Below are positions 55,497 through 63,203 of a stretch of 64,000 nt of DNA, in pieces. The stretch spans positions 3 through 64,002 of the forward strand of contig JAVCCU010000008.1 in assembly GCA_030765335.1 (NCBI GenBank), read 5' to 3'. The notes under the pieces were generated by a model. The model had not been told where the DNA came from. It did no database searches and saw nothing but the letters and a program-made list of their open reading frames with translations. Each line of letters begins with the position of its first letter. The first letter of the stretch is position 1. This DNA comes from Candidatus Kaelpia aquatica. Its GTDB lineage: Bacteria; Omnitrophota; Gorgyraeia; Kaelpiales; Kaelpiaceae. Position numbers and translations under genes: made by a program.

Positions 55497-56507
55497 CTAA
55501 ATTCTCAAACATTCAAACTCTTCTCTATTCTTAGCAACTGCTTTAAGAATCTCTCTCTCTACTCCATTATTAAACTCAACCTCAATCTCAAGAGCTGCTC
55601 CTCTCTTACAATGCGCAGCAACAATTTCAGCTGCCAATGGATATATATTATCTCTCATATCGCTCCCTACTGCAAGAGCCAAAGGACCCTTTATATCTAA
55701 AGGCTCTAACCAAGGCAGAGATAACCTCTTAGAGACAGATAGAAGCATGTTGTTCTCTCTTTCATCCCGACCCACGATAAGCTTAAGACTCTCAGACAAC
55801 CTAAAATGTCTGCCTAATTTAAGTAAGTATATCTCATCTAAAGAAGGGTCTCCAGTCTGCTTGAGTAGGTCTTTAAGTCTTCGGCTAAATCCCGGATCTG
55901 TCAAAAGACAACCTCCTGAGGGAGTAGGATAATCTTTTATCTTATATTTTTCGACAAGCTCAAACTGCTTTTTCCGGGAACGCCCCTGAATATTGAAAAA
56001 CTCCTCTCTTTCAACCCAGCCTCTCTCTTCAGGTATTGTAAGGGGCAATACTCCTGCCGAAAGAGGCCTTAATATCAATCTATCCAACCCTGCCTCTTGC
56101 TCTATTTTAAAAAGCGTAGATCTGTTCTGCGACATAGGGCGCTCTCCTAAAACTTCACCTGTTATAATATATGAAGCACCATATTGTTTAAAAAGCTCTT
56201 TAGCCTTTTTGAACATAAAGATCTTACAATCTATGCAGGGATTTATATTCTTGCCAAAACCATGTTTTGGATTCTTAAGAAGTTCTAAATACTCAGAACC
56301 CAACTCTATAATATTGAGCTTAAGGCCAAAGAATTCTTTAGATGTAGTCTCCAGTAATTCTTTAAGCTTACATTTATCATCGGGACGGCAATGGCAAAAC
56401 GGAATATGAAAAAACAGTGCCTCAAAAGAGGCAGCCTGCTCTTTTAAAATAGCTCCTGCAAGCATAGAATCTAAACCAGAGATTAATAATAGACCTTTGT
56501 TTTTCAA
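55497..56507 (-). CDS. ThiI-like PP-loop ATP pyrophosphatase lacking the THUMP domain (putative sulfurtransferase / adenylyltransferase).
   Basis: The N-terminal LLISGLDSMLAGAIL corresponds to the ThiI SGGxDS PP-loop (ThiI: LLSGGFDSPVAAYL). ITGEVLGERPMSQNRSTLFKIEQEAGLDRLILRPL is collinear with ThiI's [21 protein letters not shown]...ILRPL. There is no N-terminal THUMP domain, and a ~130 aa C-terminal extension is present. Confidence 0.55.
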   Translation of the reverse strand: MKNKGLLLISGLDSMLAGAILKEQAASFEALFFHIPFCHCRPDDKCKLKELLETTSKEFFGLKLNIIELGSEYLELLKNPKHGFGKNINPCIDCKIFMFKKAKELFKQYGASYIITGEVLGERPMSQNRSTLFKIEQEAGLDRLILRPLSAGVLPLTIPEERGWVEREEFFNIQGRSRKKQFELVEKYKIKDYPTPSGGCLLTDPGFSRRLKDLLKQTGDPSLDEIYLLKLGRHFRLSESLKLIVGRDERENNMLLSVSKRLSLPWLEPLDIKGPLALAVGSDMRDNIYPLAAEIVAAHCKRGAALEIEVEFNNGVEREILKAVAKNREEFECLRI

Positions 56508-56515
56508 AGCAGACG

Positions 56516-57088
56516 TTACTCTTTATTTAATTTATTCTCGATACTATACTTAACATGCTCAAATAGAACATTCTTTACCTTGTCAGGGGGCATGACAACA
56601 AAATAGTGACTAACTATAGCATCTGCAACTTCCTGGGTCAAGATGCCAACCTTAATACTATCTGCCGCCAAATATATCGCATTACTCTCCCTGCAATAGA
56701 AAGCTTTGGTTTTAAGTTCTTCACCAAAAAGTTCAAAAAATTCATTCTCTAAGTTTTTTTGAGTCAAAAATATTTTTATATCTCCATGATAGCTATAGAG
56801 ATGCATGTCTAAAATATCGGAGACCTCCTTAAAAAGTGAATCTATGTTCTCCGCCAATACTTCTCTGGGACTGCCGCCTCTAAATATCTGACTGCTGCTG
56901 TCCTGATAGAGGTAGAAGTTTGATCCAAGCTTGATCTTATAAGCAACGCCTAGAAGATCAACGCCTTCCTGAGCATATATCGTAAAATATTCCCCGCTGG
57001 ATTTTTCAACCAAATCCTGTGCATAGATAGAGATTGATAAGAATAGAAAAAATAAAACTAAAAGATTTCTAAAGCTGCTTATCCGCAT
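56516..57088 (-). CDS. Secreted hypothetical protein.
   Basis: 190 aa ORF with an N-terminal signal peptide (LLVLFFLFLSISIYAQD) and no recognised motif. Confidence 0.4.
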   Translation of the reverse strand: MRISSFRNLLVLFFLFLSISIYAQDLVEKSSGEYFTIYAQEGVDLLGVAYKIKLGSNFYLYQDSSSQIFRGGSPREVLAENIDSLFKEVSDILDMHLYSYHGDIKIFLTQKNLENEFFELFGEELKTKAFYCRESNAIYLAADSIKVGILTQEVADAIVSHYFVVMPPDKVKNVLFEHVKYSIENKLNKE

Positions 57089-57098
57089 AAGATTATTG

Positions 57099-57659
57099 TC
57101 AAAACTTAAAGCGATTAAGAGTATTTTTAATCTTGTCTAACCTGTTTATAAATGGACTCCTCTTATCCTCTTCTACTATATTTTCGCTTAATAAGGTTTC
57201 TAATTCTTGGATGCTGGAGCCAAACGTATTGAAATAGAATCTCAACCTCGCCTTCATATCATTTAAAGATTCTGCAATGCTCTGAAGCTGATCATCTCCC
57301 CTAAGCTTAAAATCTGAGCGAAAATCACCGTCAGCCATAATCTCAAACTCTTTCTGCAAGCGATATAGCGGACCGGCTATCTTATGAGAGATAAAGAGGG
57401 TCAACATAATCGTAAATAGACCCATAAAGACCATTACGACAACGATGGTTTGTATTAAGATTGGTGCTATGAAGTCGGCTGTGGATTTAACAACTGCCTC
57501 TGTATTCTCAAAGCTGACCGTAGTTGTCCTAGAGGCAAACAGATAAAGCAAGCCTGCGGTAATAGCAGAGCTTAACACCACCAGAAGGCAAAATTTGATT
57601 ATAAACTGCACCTGAAACTTTCTATCTATAAAATATATCCTTCTCTTTCTATCTTTCAT
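57099..57659 (-). CDS. Two-TM membrane protein with a HAMP domain and no output domain.
   Basis: Two TM helices flank a ~35 aa loop. A HAMP-like segment follows directly after TM2 (HKIAGPLYRLQKEFEIMADGDFRSDFKLRGDDQLQSIAESLNDM). Confidence 0.45.
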   Translation of the reverse strand: MKDRKRRIYFIDRKFQVQFIIKFCLLVVLSSAITAGLLYLFASRTTTVSFENTEAVVKSTADFIAPILIQTIVVVMVFMGLFTIMLTLFISHKIAGPLYRLQKEFEIMADGDFRSDFKLRGDDQLQSIAESLNDMKARLRFYFNTFGSSIQELETLLSENIVEEDKRSPFINRLDKIKNTLNRFKF

Positions 57660-58234
57660 TCTACTCCTCCTTCTTTATTCAAGACCATATCGTAATCAAT
57701 CTCTATCGCAGAACATTCTTTGACTTCATCAAGCCAGTCATTTAAAGCCCTGGTCTGTTCTCCTCGCAAAAGCTGCCACTTGACCTGCTGGTAGATCTCA
57801 TCCAACCTCTTATCTGTAAGACCTTCTTCCAGCATTTCATCATAACGATCTCTTACTTGAGAGTCCGAAATATTTACCTCCGAAGCTAGCTCTTTAGATT
57901 TTAAATCTACTATCAGTTTGAACAGAAGCTGCTCATAATAATGCTGAAGAGCACCTAAAAACTCTTCACTTTTATGAAGACTTAACTTTTCTGCTTCTTG
58001 CAAAATCAACTTTTTGCTTATTAGTGCTTCTAATACTCCTTGTCTAGAATCTAATGTATCAGGCCTTTCTGCATTCATCTTGGCAAAATAGTTTTCAAAT
58101 TCATCCAGAGTCATCGAAAAATTATTAATTCTTACAACATGGGAGTCTTCTCTGAAGTAAACTCTAAAAACGTAAAAGAGCACGACTAAAACCATAAAGA
58201 TAACTGTAATGCCTATCAGCTTTTTCATAATCAA
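57656..58234 (-). CDS. Membrane-anchored SurA-N/PpiD-N-like chaperone-domain protein without a PPIase domain.
   Basis: 192 aa ORF with an N-terminal TM anchor followed by a helical domain resembling the SurA N-terminal chaperone module (VLEALISKKLILQEAEKL, VRDRYDEM). Confidence 0.35.
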   Translation of the reverse strand: MIMKKLIGITVIFMVLVVLFYVFRVYFREDSHVVRINNFSMTLDEFENYFAKMNAERPDTLDSRQGVLEALISKKLILQEAEKLSLHKSEEFLGALQHYYEQLLFKLIVDLKSKELASEVNISDSQVRDRYDEMLEEGLTDKRLDEIYQQVKWQLLRGEQTRALNDWLDEVKECSAIEIDYDMVLNKEGGVE

Positions 58235-58349
58235 TATCCCTCGCTTTTTATTTTCTCTTTAATATATAGCATTTTTGATTATTTTGCACCAAAATACTTA
58301 AATATAAAATTGACTTTTATCTTTTTTTAATGTAATTTTTAGAGAATTC

Positions 58350-58421
58350 GGGGCTGTAGCTCAGCGGGAGAGCACTACGCTGGCAGCGTAGGGGTCGAGG
58401 GTTCAAATCCCTCCAGCTCCA
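58350..58421 (+). tRNA. tRNA-Ala (anticodon GGC).
   Basis: Manual fold: GGGGCTGTAGCTCAGCGGGAGAGCACTACGCTGGCAGCGTAGGGGTCGAGGGTTCAAATCCCTCCAGCTCCA. The diagnostic G3-U70 wobble of tRNA-Ala is present, and the anticodon loop is CTGGCAG. No CCA is encoded. Confidence 0.85.
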
Positions 58422-58457
58422 AACGGAATAGAATTAGAACTAGAACTCTTTTAGCAA

Positions 58458-59864
58458 TTGAAAAATAAGAGAAAAGACGTTGTAATCATCCTAATAATAT
58501 CTCTCCTGATCTTTGTATCAAATGTATCGGCTGAAAAAATCATGGTCATCCCTGTTAAGGGGGTAATTGATTTAGGACTCTCCACTTTTATTAAAAACTC
58601 TATAGAACAAGCAGAGACTCGAGATATAACTACTATTATTTTAGAGATGGATACACCCGGAGGCAGAGTAGATGCTGCTGATATAATCTGTGAAGCTATA
58701 CTCAATTACCAAGGCAAAACTATTACTTTCGTAACCAATCAAGCCTGGTCTGCAGGAAGCATGATCGCATTATCAACAGATAAAATAATAATGCGGCCTG
58801 CAGCAAGTATAGGTTCTGCAGAGCCCAGGCAAGGAATATCAGGAGAAAAAACAGATGAGAAGATAGTCTCTGCCTTAAGGGCACGATTTAAAGCCTTGGC
58901 TGAGGAGAAAAATCATAATACTGCCTTAGCTCAGGCTATGGTTGATAAAGATATCGTGGTATTAAAAATACTTCTTAATGATCAAACTCTTATCGTTACA
59001 GAGGAAGAGCTTAATGAAAAAATAGCAACCGAAGAAGCTGAGGTCAAAATTTTAACCACTATATCTGAAGAGGGTAAACTCCTAAATTTAAGCGCAAAAG
59101 ATGCAAAGAAATATAGCTTGGCTAAAGAAATATGTGAAAATAGAGAGACTCTGATCACATATTTAGAGATAGAGACACCCGAGATAATAGAAGGGAGTCC
59201 TAGCTGGTCTGAAAACCTAGTAAGATTTATCACTCATCCTATACTATCTTCACTCCTTTTAGGCATTGGATTCTGGGCCATAATGCTTGCACTAAGAATA
59301 CCAGGTCTAGGGCTTCCTGAAATTGCAGGAATAAGTGCACTGGGGCTTTTCTTCTGGGGCCATAAGCTAGCAGGCTTATCAGAATGGTTAGATATACTCC
59401 TTGTTATCATAGGTCTAGCCTTGATCTTAGTCGAGCTCTTCATAATTCCGGGATTTGGACTAACAGGAGCAGTAGGGGCTTTAACCTTACTGGCAGGAAT
59501 AGTCCTTACGTTGACAAACCACCCCATATATCCACCGATTGAGGGGCTCAATAGAGCATCTGGAATAATGCTCTCGTCTCTCTTCATCTCTCTTGTCATG
59601 TTATTTATAAGTCTAAAAATATTTCCAAAAACAAAGTTCTGGAATAGATTAATTTTAGAATATCAACTAACAAAACCTAAGATAGAAGATGGATCTACAA
59701 TGTTAGATAATGGAACTGCCGTATCTGACTTAAGACCCGTGGGAAAAGCTAAGTTTGGGAATAAGATATATGATGTAGAGACCCTGGGTGACTATATTCA
59801 AAAAGGAGAAAAAGTGAAAATCATCTCAAAACATGGTAATATAAGAAAAGTAAAAAAAGCATGA
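58458..59864 (+). CDS. NfeD-family membrane-bound ClpP-class serine protease (long form: protease, TM and OB domains), with a TTG start.
   Basis: 468 aa ORF with a signal peptide and then a ClpP/SppA-like fold (IILEMDTPGGRVDAADIICEAI, NQAWSAGSMIAL). Four to five C-terminal TM helices and a terminal OB-fold/beta domain (KAKFGNKIYDVETLGDYIQKGEKVKII) follow. Confidence 0.7.
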   Translation: MKNKRKDVVIILIISLLIFVSNVSAEKIMVIPVKGVIDLGLSTFIKNSIEQAETRDITTIILEMDTPGGRVDAADIICEAILNYQGKTITFVTNQAWSAGSMIALSTDKIIMRPAASIGSAEPRQGISGEKTDEKIVSALRARFKALAEEKNHNTALAQAMVDKDIVVLKILLNDQTLIVTEEELNEKIATEEAEVKILTTISEEGKLLNLSAKDAKKYSLAKEICENRETLITYLEIETPEIIEGSPSWSENLVRFITHPILSSLLLGIGFWAIMLALRIPGLGLPEIAGISALGLFFWGHKLAGLSEWLDILLVIIGLALILVELFIIPGFGLTGAVGALTLLAGIVLTLTNHPIYPPIEGLNRASGIMLSSLFISLVMLFISLKIFPKTKFWNRLILEYQLTKPKIEDGSTMLDNGTAVSDLRPVGKAKFGNKIYDVETLGDYIQKGEKVKIISKHGNIRKVKKA

Positions 59865-60358
59865 ATATACTTAACAATATCTTTACTATACTATTTGGAC
59901 TCATAGCTTCAATAGTTTTCTTCCTGATGGAGCTTTTTATAATTCCGGGGTTCGGCATAATGGGTATGCTGGGTATTACAATCCTCGCAATTACAACTCG
60001 CCTTGCCTATAAGAATCTAGGACCAGAAGCTGGAATATATACCCTGCTTGCCGGTATTTTTCTTGCAAGCTTATTTGTATACTATTTTATTAAGAGACAG
60101 CTCTTTAAAAAGACCACTCTGCAGTATAGATTGACAAAAGAAGACGGCTATGGGATAAGGAATCTATTAATAAAAGAGTATATCGATAAAGAAGGTATAG
60201 CGATAAGTGTATTGAGGCCTGTGGGCATCATAGAGATAGACGGCGAAAGACTTGATGCTACAGCAGAGGGAACTTTCTTTCTTGAGAAAGGTTCTAAAAT
60301 AAAAGTCGTAGGCATAGAAGGCAATAGATTAAGAGTTCAAAAAACAGAGGAGGTTTAG
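59861..60358 (+). CDS. NfeD-family short form (membrane anchor plus C-terminal OB-fold; YuaF-like flotillin partner).
   Basis: 165 aa ORF with three TM helices ([16 protein letters not shown] repeats the motif of the upstream gene) and a C-terminal beta domain ([16 protein letters not shown]...[13 protein letters not shown]). It overlaps the upstream gene by 4 nt. Confidence 0.6.
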   Translation: MNILNNIFTILFGLIASIVFFLMELFIIPGFGIMGMLGITILAITTRLAYKNLGPEAGIYTLLAGIFLASLFVYYFIKRQLFKKTTLQYRLTKEDGYGIRNLLIKEYIDKEGIAISVLRPVGIIEIDGERLDATAEGTFFLEKGSKIKVVGIEGNRLRVQKTEEV

Positions 60359-60359
60359 C

Positions 60360-61340
60360 ATGAACATGGCGATTCTTTTCTTAATAATCTTTGGAGGGTT
60401 TTTTCTCTTTGGCTATTTTATCCCACTAAGGCTCTGGGTCGCAGCACTTGCCGCAGGAGTAAAGTTAAATCTATTAAGCCTCGTTGGTATGAGGCTTAGA
60501 AAAGTAGACCCCAACATTATAGTCCCTTCTCTTATAATGCTGCATAAAGCAGGCTTGGCAACAGAAATAAATCAGATGGAAGCTCATTATCTTGCCGGCG
60601 GAAATGTATTAAATGTAATAAAGGCTCTTATATCGGCCGATAAAGCTGAGATAGTTTTAAACTTTGAAAGAGCGGCGGCAATTGACCTTGCAGGAAGAGA
60701 TGTGCTAGATGCCGTCAAAACATCGGTTAACCCTAAGGTTATTGATGCACCAAGAGAGGGCATGATTGCAGCTGTTGCTAAAGATGGGATACAGGTTTTG
60801 GCTAAAGCACGTGTTACGGTAAGAGCCAACCTTGATAGACTCGTAGGAGGCGCGACTGAAGAAACAATCATAGCAAGAGTCGGAGAGGGAATAGTTACAA
60901 CAATAGGCTCGTCTGCATCCTATAAAAATGTGATTGAAAACCCAGACTCTATATCCAAAACAGTTCTAGATAAAGGCCTTGATGCAGGGACTGCATTTGA
61001 AATTCTTTCTATAGATATCGCAGATATAGACGTTGGTAAAAATATCGGTGCTCAACTACAGACCGATCAGGCAGAGGCTGATTTAAAAGTAGCTCAAGCA
61101 AAAGCAGAGACACGTCGGGCTATGGCTGTTGCACAAGAACAGGAGATGAAAGCAAAGGTACAAGAGATGCAAGCAAAGGTGGTAGAAGCAGAGGCCCAAG
61201 TCCCGCTTGCAATTGCAGAAGCATTTAAGAGCGGCCACCTAGGAGTTCTTGACTATTATAAAATGAACAACATCCAGGCTGATACAAAGATGCGATCGAA
61301 TATTGCAGGAGATATACAGCCAAAAAAAGAAGATAAATAA
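60360..61340 (+). CDS. floA: Flotillin-like protein FloA (SPFH domain, UPF0365/YqfA family).
   Basis: 326 aa ORF with an N-terminal hairpin membrane anchor, an SPFH core and an Ala/Glu/Gln-rich coiled-coil tail ([43 protein letters not shown]) typical of FloA. Confidence 0.8.
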   Translation: MNMAILFLIIFGGFFLFGYFIPLRLWVAALAAGVKLNLLSLVGMRLRKVDPNIIVPSLIMLHKAGLATEINQMEAHYLAGGNVLNVIKALISADKAEIVLNFERAAAIDLAGRDVLDAVKTSVNPKVIDAPREGMIAAVAKDGIQVLAKARVTVRANLDRLVGGATEETIIARVGEGIVTTIGSSASYKNVIENPDSISKTVLDKGLDAGTAFEILSIDIADIDVGKNIGAQLQTDQAEADLKVAQAKAETRRAMAVAQEQEMKAKVQEMQAKVVEAEAQVPLAIAEAFKSGHLGVLDYYKMNNIQADTKMRSNIAGDIQPKKEDK

Positions 61341-61345
61341 AAACA

Positions 61346-61723
61346 ATGGCAGATCTGTTAATAGTATTATTCTTGATTGTTTTCTGGGTGATATCTTATA
61401 CCTTGAAGCAATCAGGCAAACCAAGCACTCAGTATAAAGAGGACAATGAATTAGAGCATCTTTTTAGATTTCCGAAACTCAATATAATTCCAGAAGCTCT
61501 AAAACAAGAAGATAAAAAGATAGAGCAGAGAGTAATCAGCAAGATAGAGCCTGATCAAAGATCGGAAGTAGTTAAAAGAGGGGTTGTTCTCCCTGAACAT
61601 CAAACCGGCACTTCAAAATTTGATTCTGGAAAACTTTACCGGGATATGCTAGAATCCAAAACTTCTTTGAGGAATTCTATCATTATCAAAGAGATATTAG
61701 ATAATCCGGTATCTTTACGATGA
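61346..61723 (+). CDS. Small membrane-anchored hypothetical protein at the end of the flotillin operon.
   Basis: 125 aa ORF with an N-terminal TM helix (LLIVLFLIVFWVISYTL) and a charged tail. It starts 6 nt after floA. Confidence 0.35.
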   Translation: MADLLIVLFLIVFWVISYTLKQSGKPSTQYKEDNELEHLFRFPKLNIIPEALKQEDKKIEQRVISKIEPDQRSEVVKRGVVLPEHQTGTSKFDSGKLYRDMLESKTSLRNSIIIKEILDNPVSLR

Positions 61724-61728
61724 TTTAA

Positions 61729-61811
61729 GCCAGGGTGGCGGAATGGCAGACGCGCGTGATTCAAAATCACGTCTCCGTAAGGGGGTGGGGGTTCAAGTCC
61801 CCCCTCTGGCA
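61729..61811 (+). tRNA. tRNA-Leu (anticodon CAA), type II with a long variable arm.
   Basis: Manual fold: GCCAGGGTGGCGGAATGGCAGACGCGCGTGATTCAAAATCACGTCTCCGTAAGGGGGTGGGGGTTCAAGTCCCCCCTCTGGCA. The anticodon loop is TTCAAAA. Confidence 0.85.
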
Positions 61812-61820
61812 AAATAAAAA

Positions 61821-61850
61821 ACCAGATCTAAAATCTGGTCTATTTTTTTT
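61821..61850 (+). terminator. Rho-independent terminator after tRNA-Leu and the flotillin operon.
   Basis: A 7-bp stem (accagat / atctggt) with a 5-nt loop is followed by the run TATTTTTTTT. Confidence 0.6.
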
Positions 61851-61969
61851 AGTCCCCCCCACCGGTGGCCAAGCCTTGACTTATTTATCGCACATAATAA
61901 ATACTTTGTCAAATTTGTAAATAACTTTTTATTAAATAAAATATTATAGACTCAATTGCTTATAGGGAG

Positions 61970-62641
61970 TTAAACTTTACCGCTAAGAATATAGATGCCA
62001 AAGAGGATGAGCATAGATCCGGCTGCTATTTCAATTACTCTTAGACTCTTCTTAATCTTGCCAAATAGAGTGAGGAACCATGATAACGATAAAGCAGAGA
62101 TCAAAAAAGGCAGAGAGAGACCTAGGGAAAAAAAGAGTAGCAATAAAAACCCTCTAAATAGATCGGCCTTTATACTTGCAACTGTTAAAACAGCAGCCAA
62201 ATAAGGAGTAGCACAAGCAGTAAAGCTGAATGCAAACACTACCCCAACAAATATTATCCCTATTATCCCTGCAGGTTTTTTCCGCAGCGAAAAATTTAGC
62301 GCAGGCAAAAACTTTAATCTGCTGTAAAACAAAACGTAAAGCCCCAATAAAACTATTACTACTCCGCCTATTCTCTGAACGGGAAACTTTAATCTAAATA
62401 TAATTTCTCCCAACAGAGAAGCTCCAAGACCCAGAGATATGAATATACAAGAGAAGCCTAATAAAAAAAGAAGGGTGTAGATAACCATCCTCTTGCGTAA
62501 ACAAGCGGGGTTTTCTTTCATCTCATTAAAAGAGATACCGCTTATAAAAGAGAGGAAAGAGGGAATGAGCGGCAAAATGCATGGTGAGAAAAAATAGAAT
62601 ACTCCGCCTAAAAAAGCCATAATGAATGATATGTCATTCAT
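61970..62641 (-). CDS. ccdA: Cytochrome c-type biogenesis / thiol-disulfide electron transporter CcdA (DsbD transmembrane-core family).
   Basis: 223 aa ORF with six TM helices. The CcdA signature FFSPCILPLIP in TM1 and a second conserved Cys (FTACATPYL) are present. Confidence 0.7.
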   Translation of the reverse strand: MNDISFIMAFLGGVFYFFSPCILPLIPSFLSFISGISFNEMKENPACLRKRMVIYTLLFLLGFSCIFISLGLGASLLGEIIFRLKFPVQRIGGVVIVLLGLYVLFYSRLKFLPALNFSLRKKPAGIIGIIFVGVVFAFSFTACATPYLAAVLTVASIKADLFRGFLLLLFFSLGLSLPFLISALSLSWFLTLFGKIKKSLRVIEIAAGSMLILFGIYILSGKV

Positions 62642-63203
62642 TGATTAAAGCCTGCAAAAAACCAATTATTTCAGGCTGATTCCAGTCTATAGCCCCAGGA
62701 ATCTTGGCAACAGCCCTGAAGTCTTTATCAATAATAAACGAGCTGGGTAAACCAAACACACCATACTTAAGAGCCGATAACCCATAATCATCAGAATAGA
62801 CTGGGAAATCTGCGCCTTTCTGTTTTAGATAACTTTCAATAGCAAGTTTTTTATCTCCCAAGAAAAGTGGTATAAACTCTATCTTAGATCTATCTAGAGA
62901 GGGAACAAAGGTCTTTAAAAAATCAACTTCGGTATCACAAGCACTACAACTTATAGTTCGAAAATTAACTATTATTACCTTACCTTTAAAATCCGAAAGA
63001 CTGTAGTCTGACCCATCTAAATCCTGAAAACTAAAATCCTTTGCCGGGACCCTCTCGTCTTTAGAAGGAATTTTATTAGTTGCTTCGGCTGAAAAACCTT
63101 CTTGCTTACTATTTGAATAAATTAAAAATCCTATTCCGGCTAACAAGACAATTAAAATAGGGGTTAATTTTTTCTTAATTTTCAAACTCCTACCCCATAA
63201 CAA
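62634..63203 (-). CDS. TlpA/ResA-like membrane-anchored thioredoxin-fold thiol-disulfide oxidoreductase.
   Basis: 189 aa ORF with an N-terminal TM anchor and a thioredoxin fold with a CxxC active site (ISCSAC). It overlaps ccdA by 8 nt, making the classic CcdA-TlpA pairing. Confidence 0.6.
   Translation of the reverse strand: MLWGRSLKIKKKLTPILIVLLAGIGFLIYSNSKQEGFSAEATNKIPSKDERVPAKDFSFQDLDGSDYSLSDFKGKVIIVNFRTISCSACDTEVDFLKTFVPSLDRSKIEFIPLFLGDKKLAIESYLKQKGADFPVYSDDYGLSALKYGVFGLPSSFIIDKDFRAVAKIPGAIDWNQPEIIGFLQALINE

Noticed and set aside
61851-61900. The palindrome ccaccggtgg and a TTGACT...TAATAA promoter-like string after the tRNA-Leu terminator.
   Set aside because: The spacer between the -35-like and -10-like elements is ~13-15 nt, which is poor. 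There is no plus-strand gene downstream before the convergent ccdA, so it is probably fortuitous.
61735-61920. A 61-aa plus-strand ORF overlapping tRNA-Leu(CAA) and its terminator.
   Set aside because: It reads through the tRNA gene and the hairpin/U-run terminator, so it is an artefact of ORF calling.
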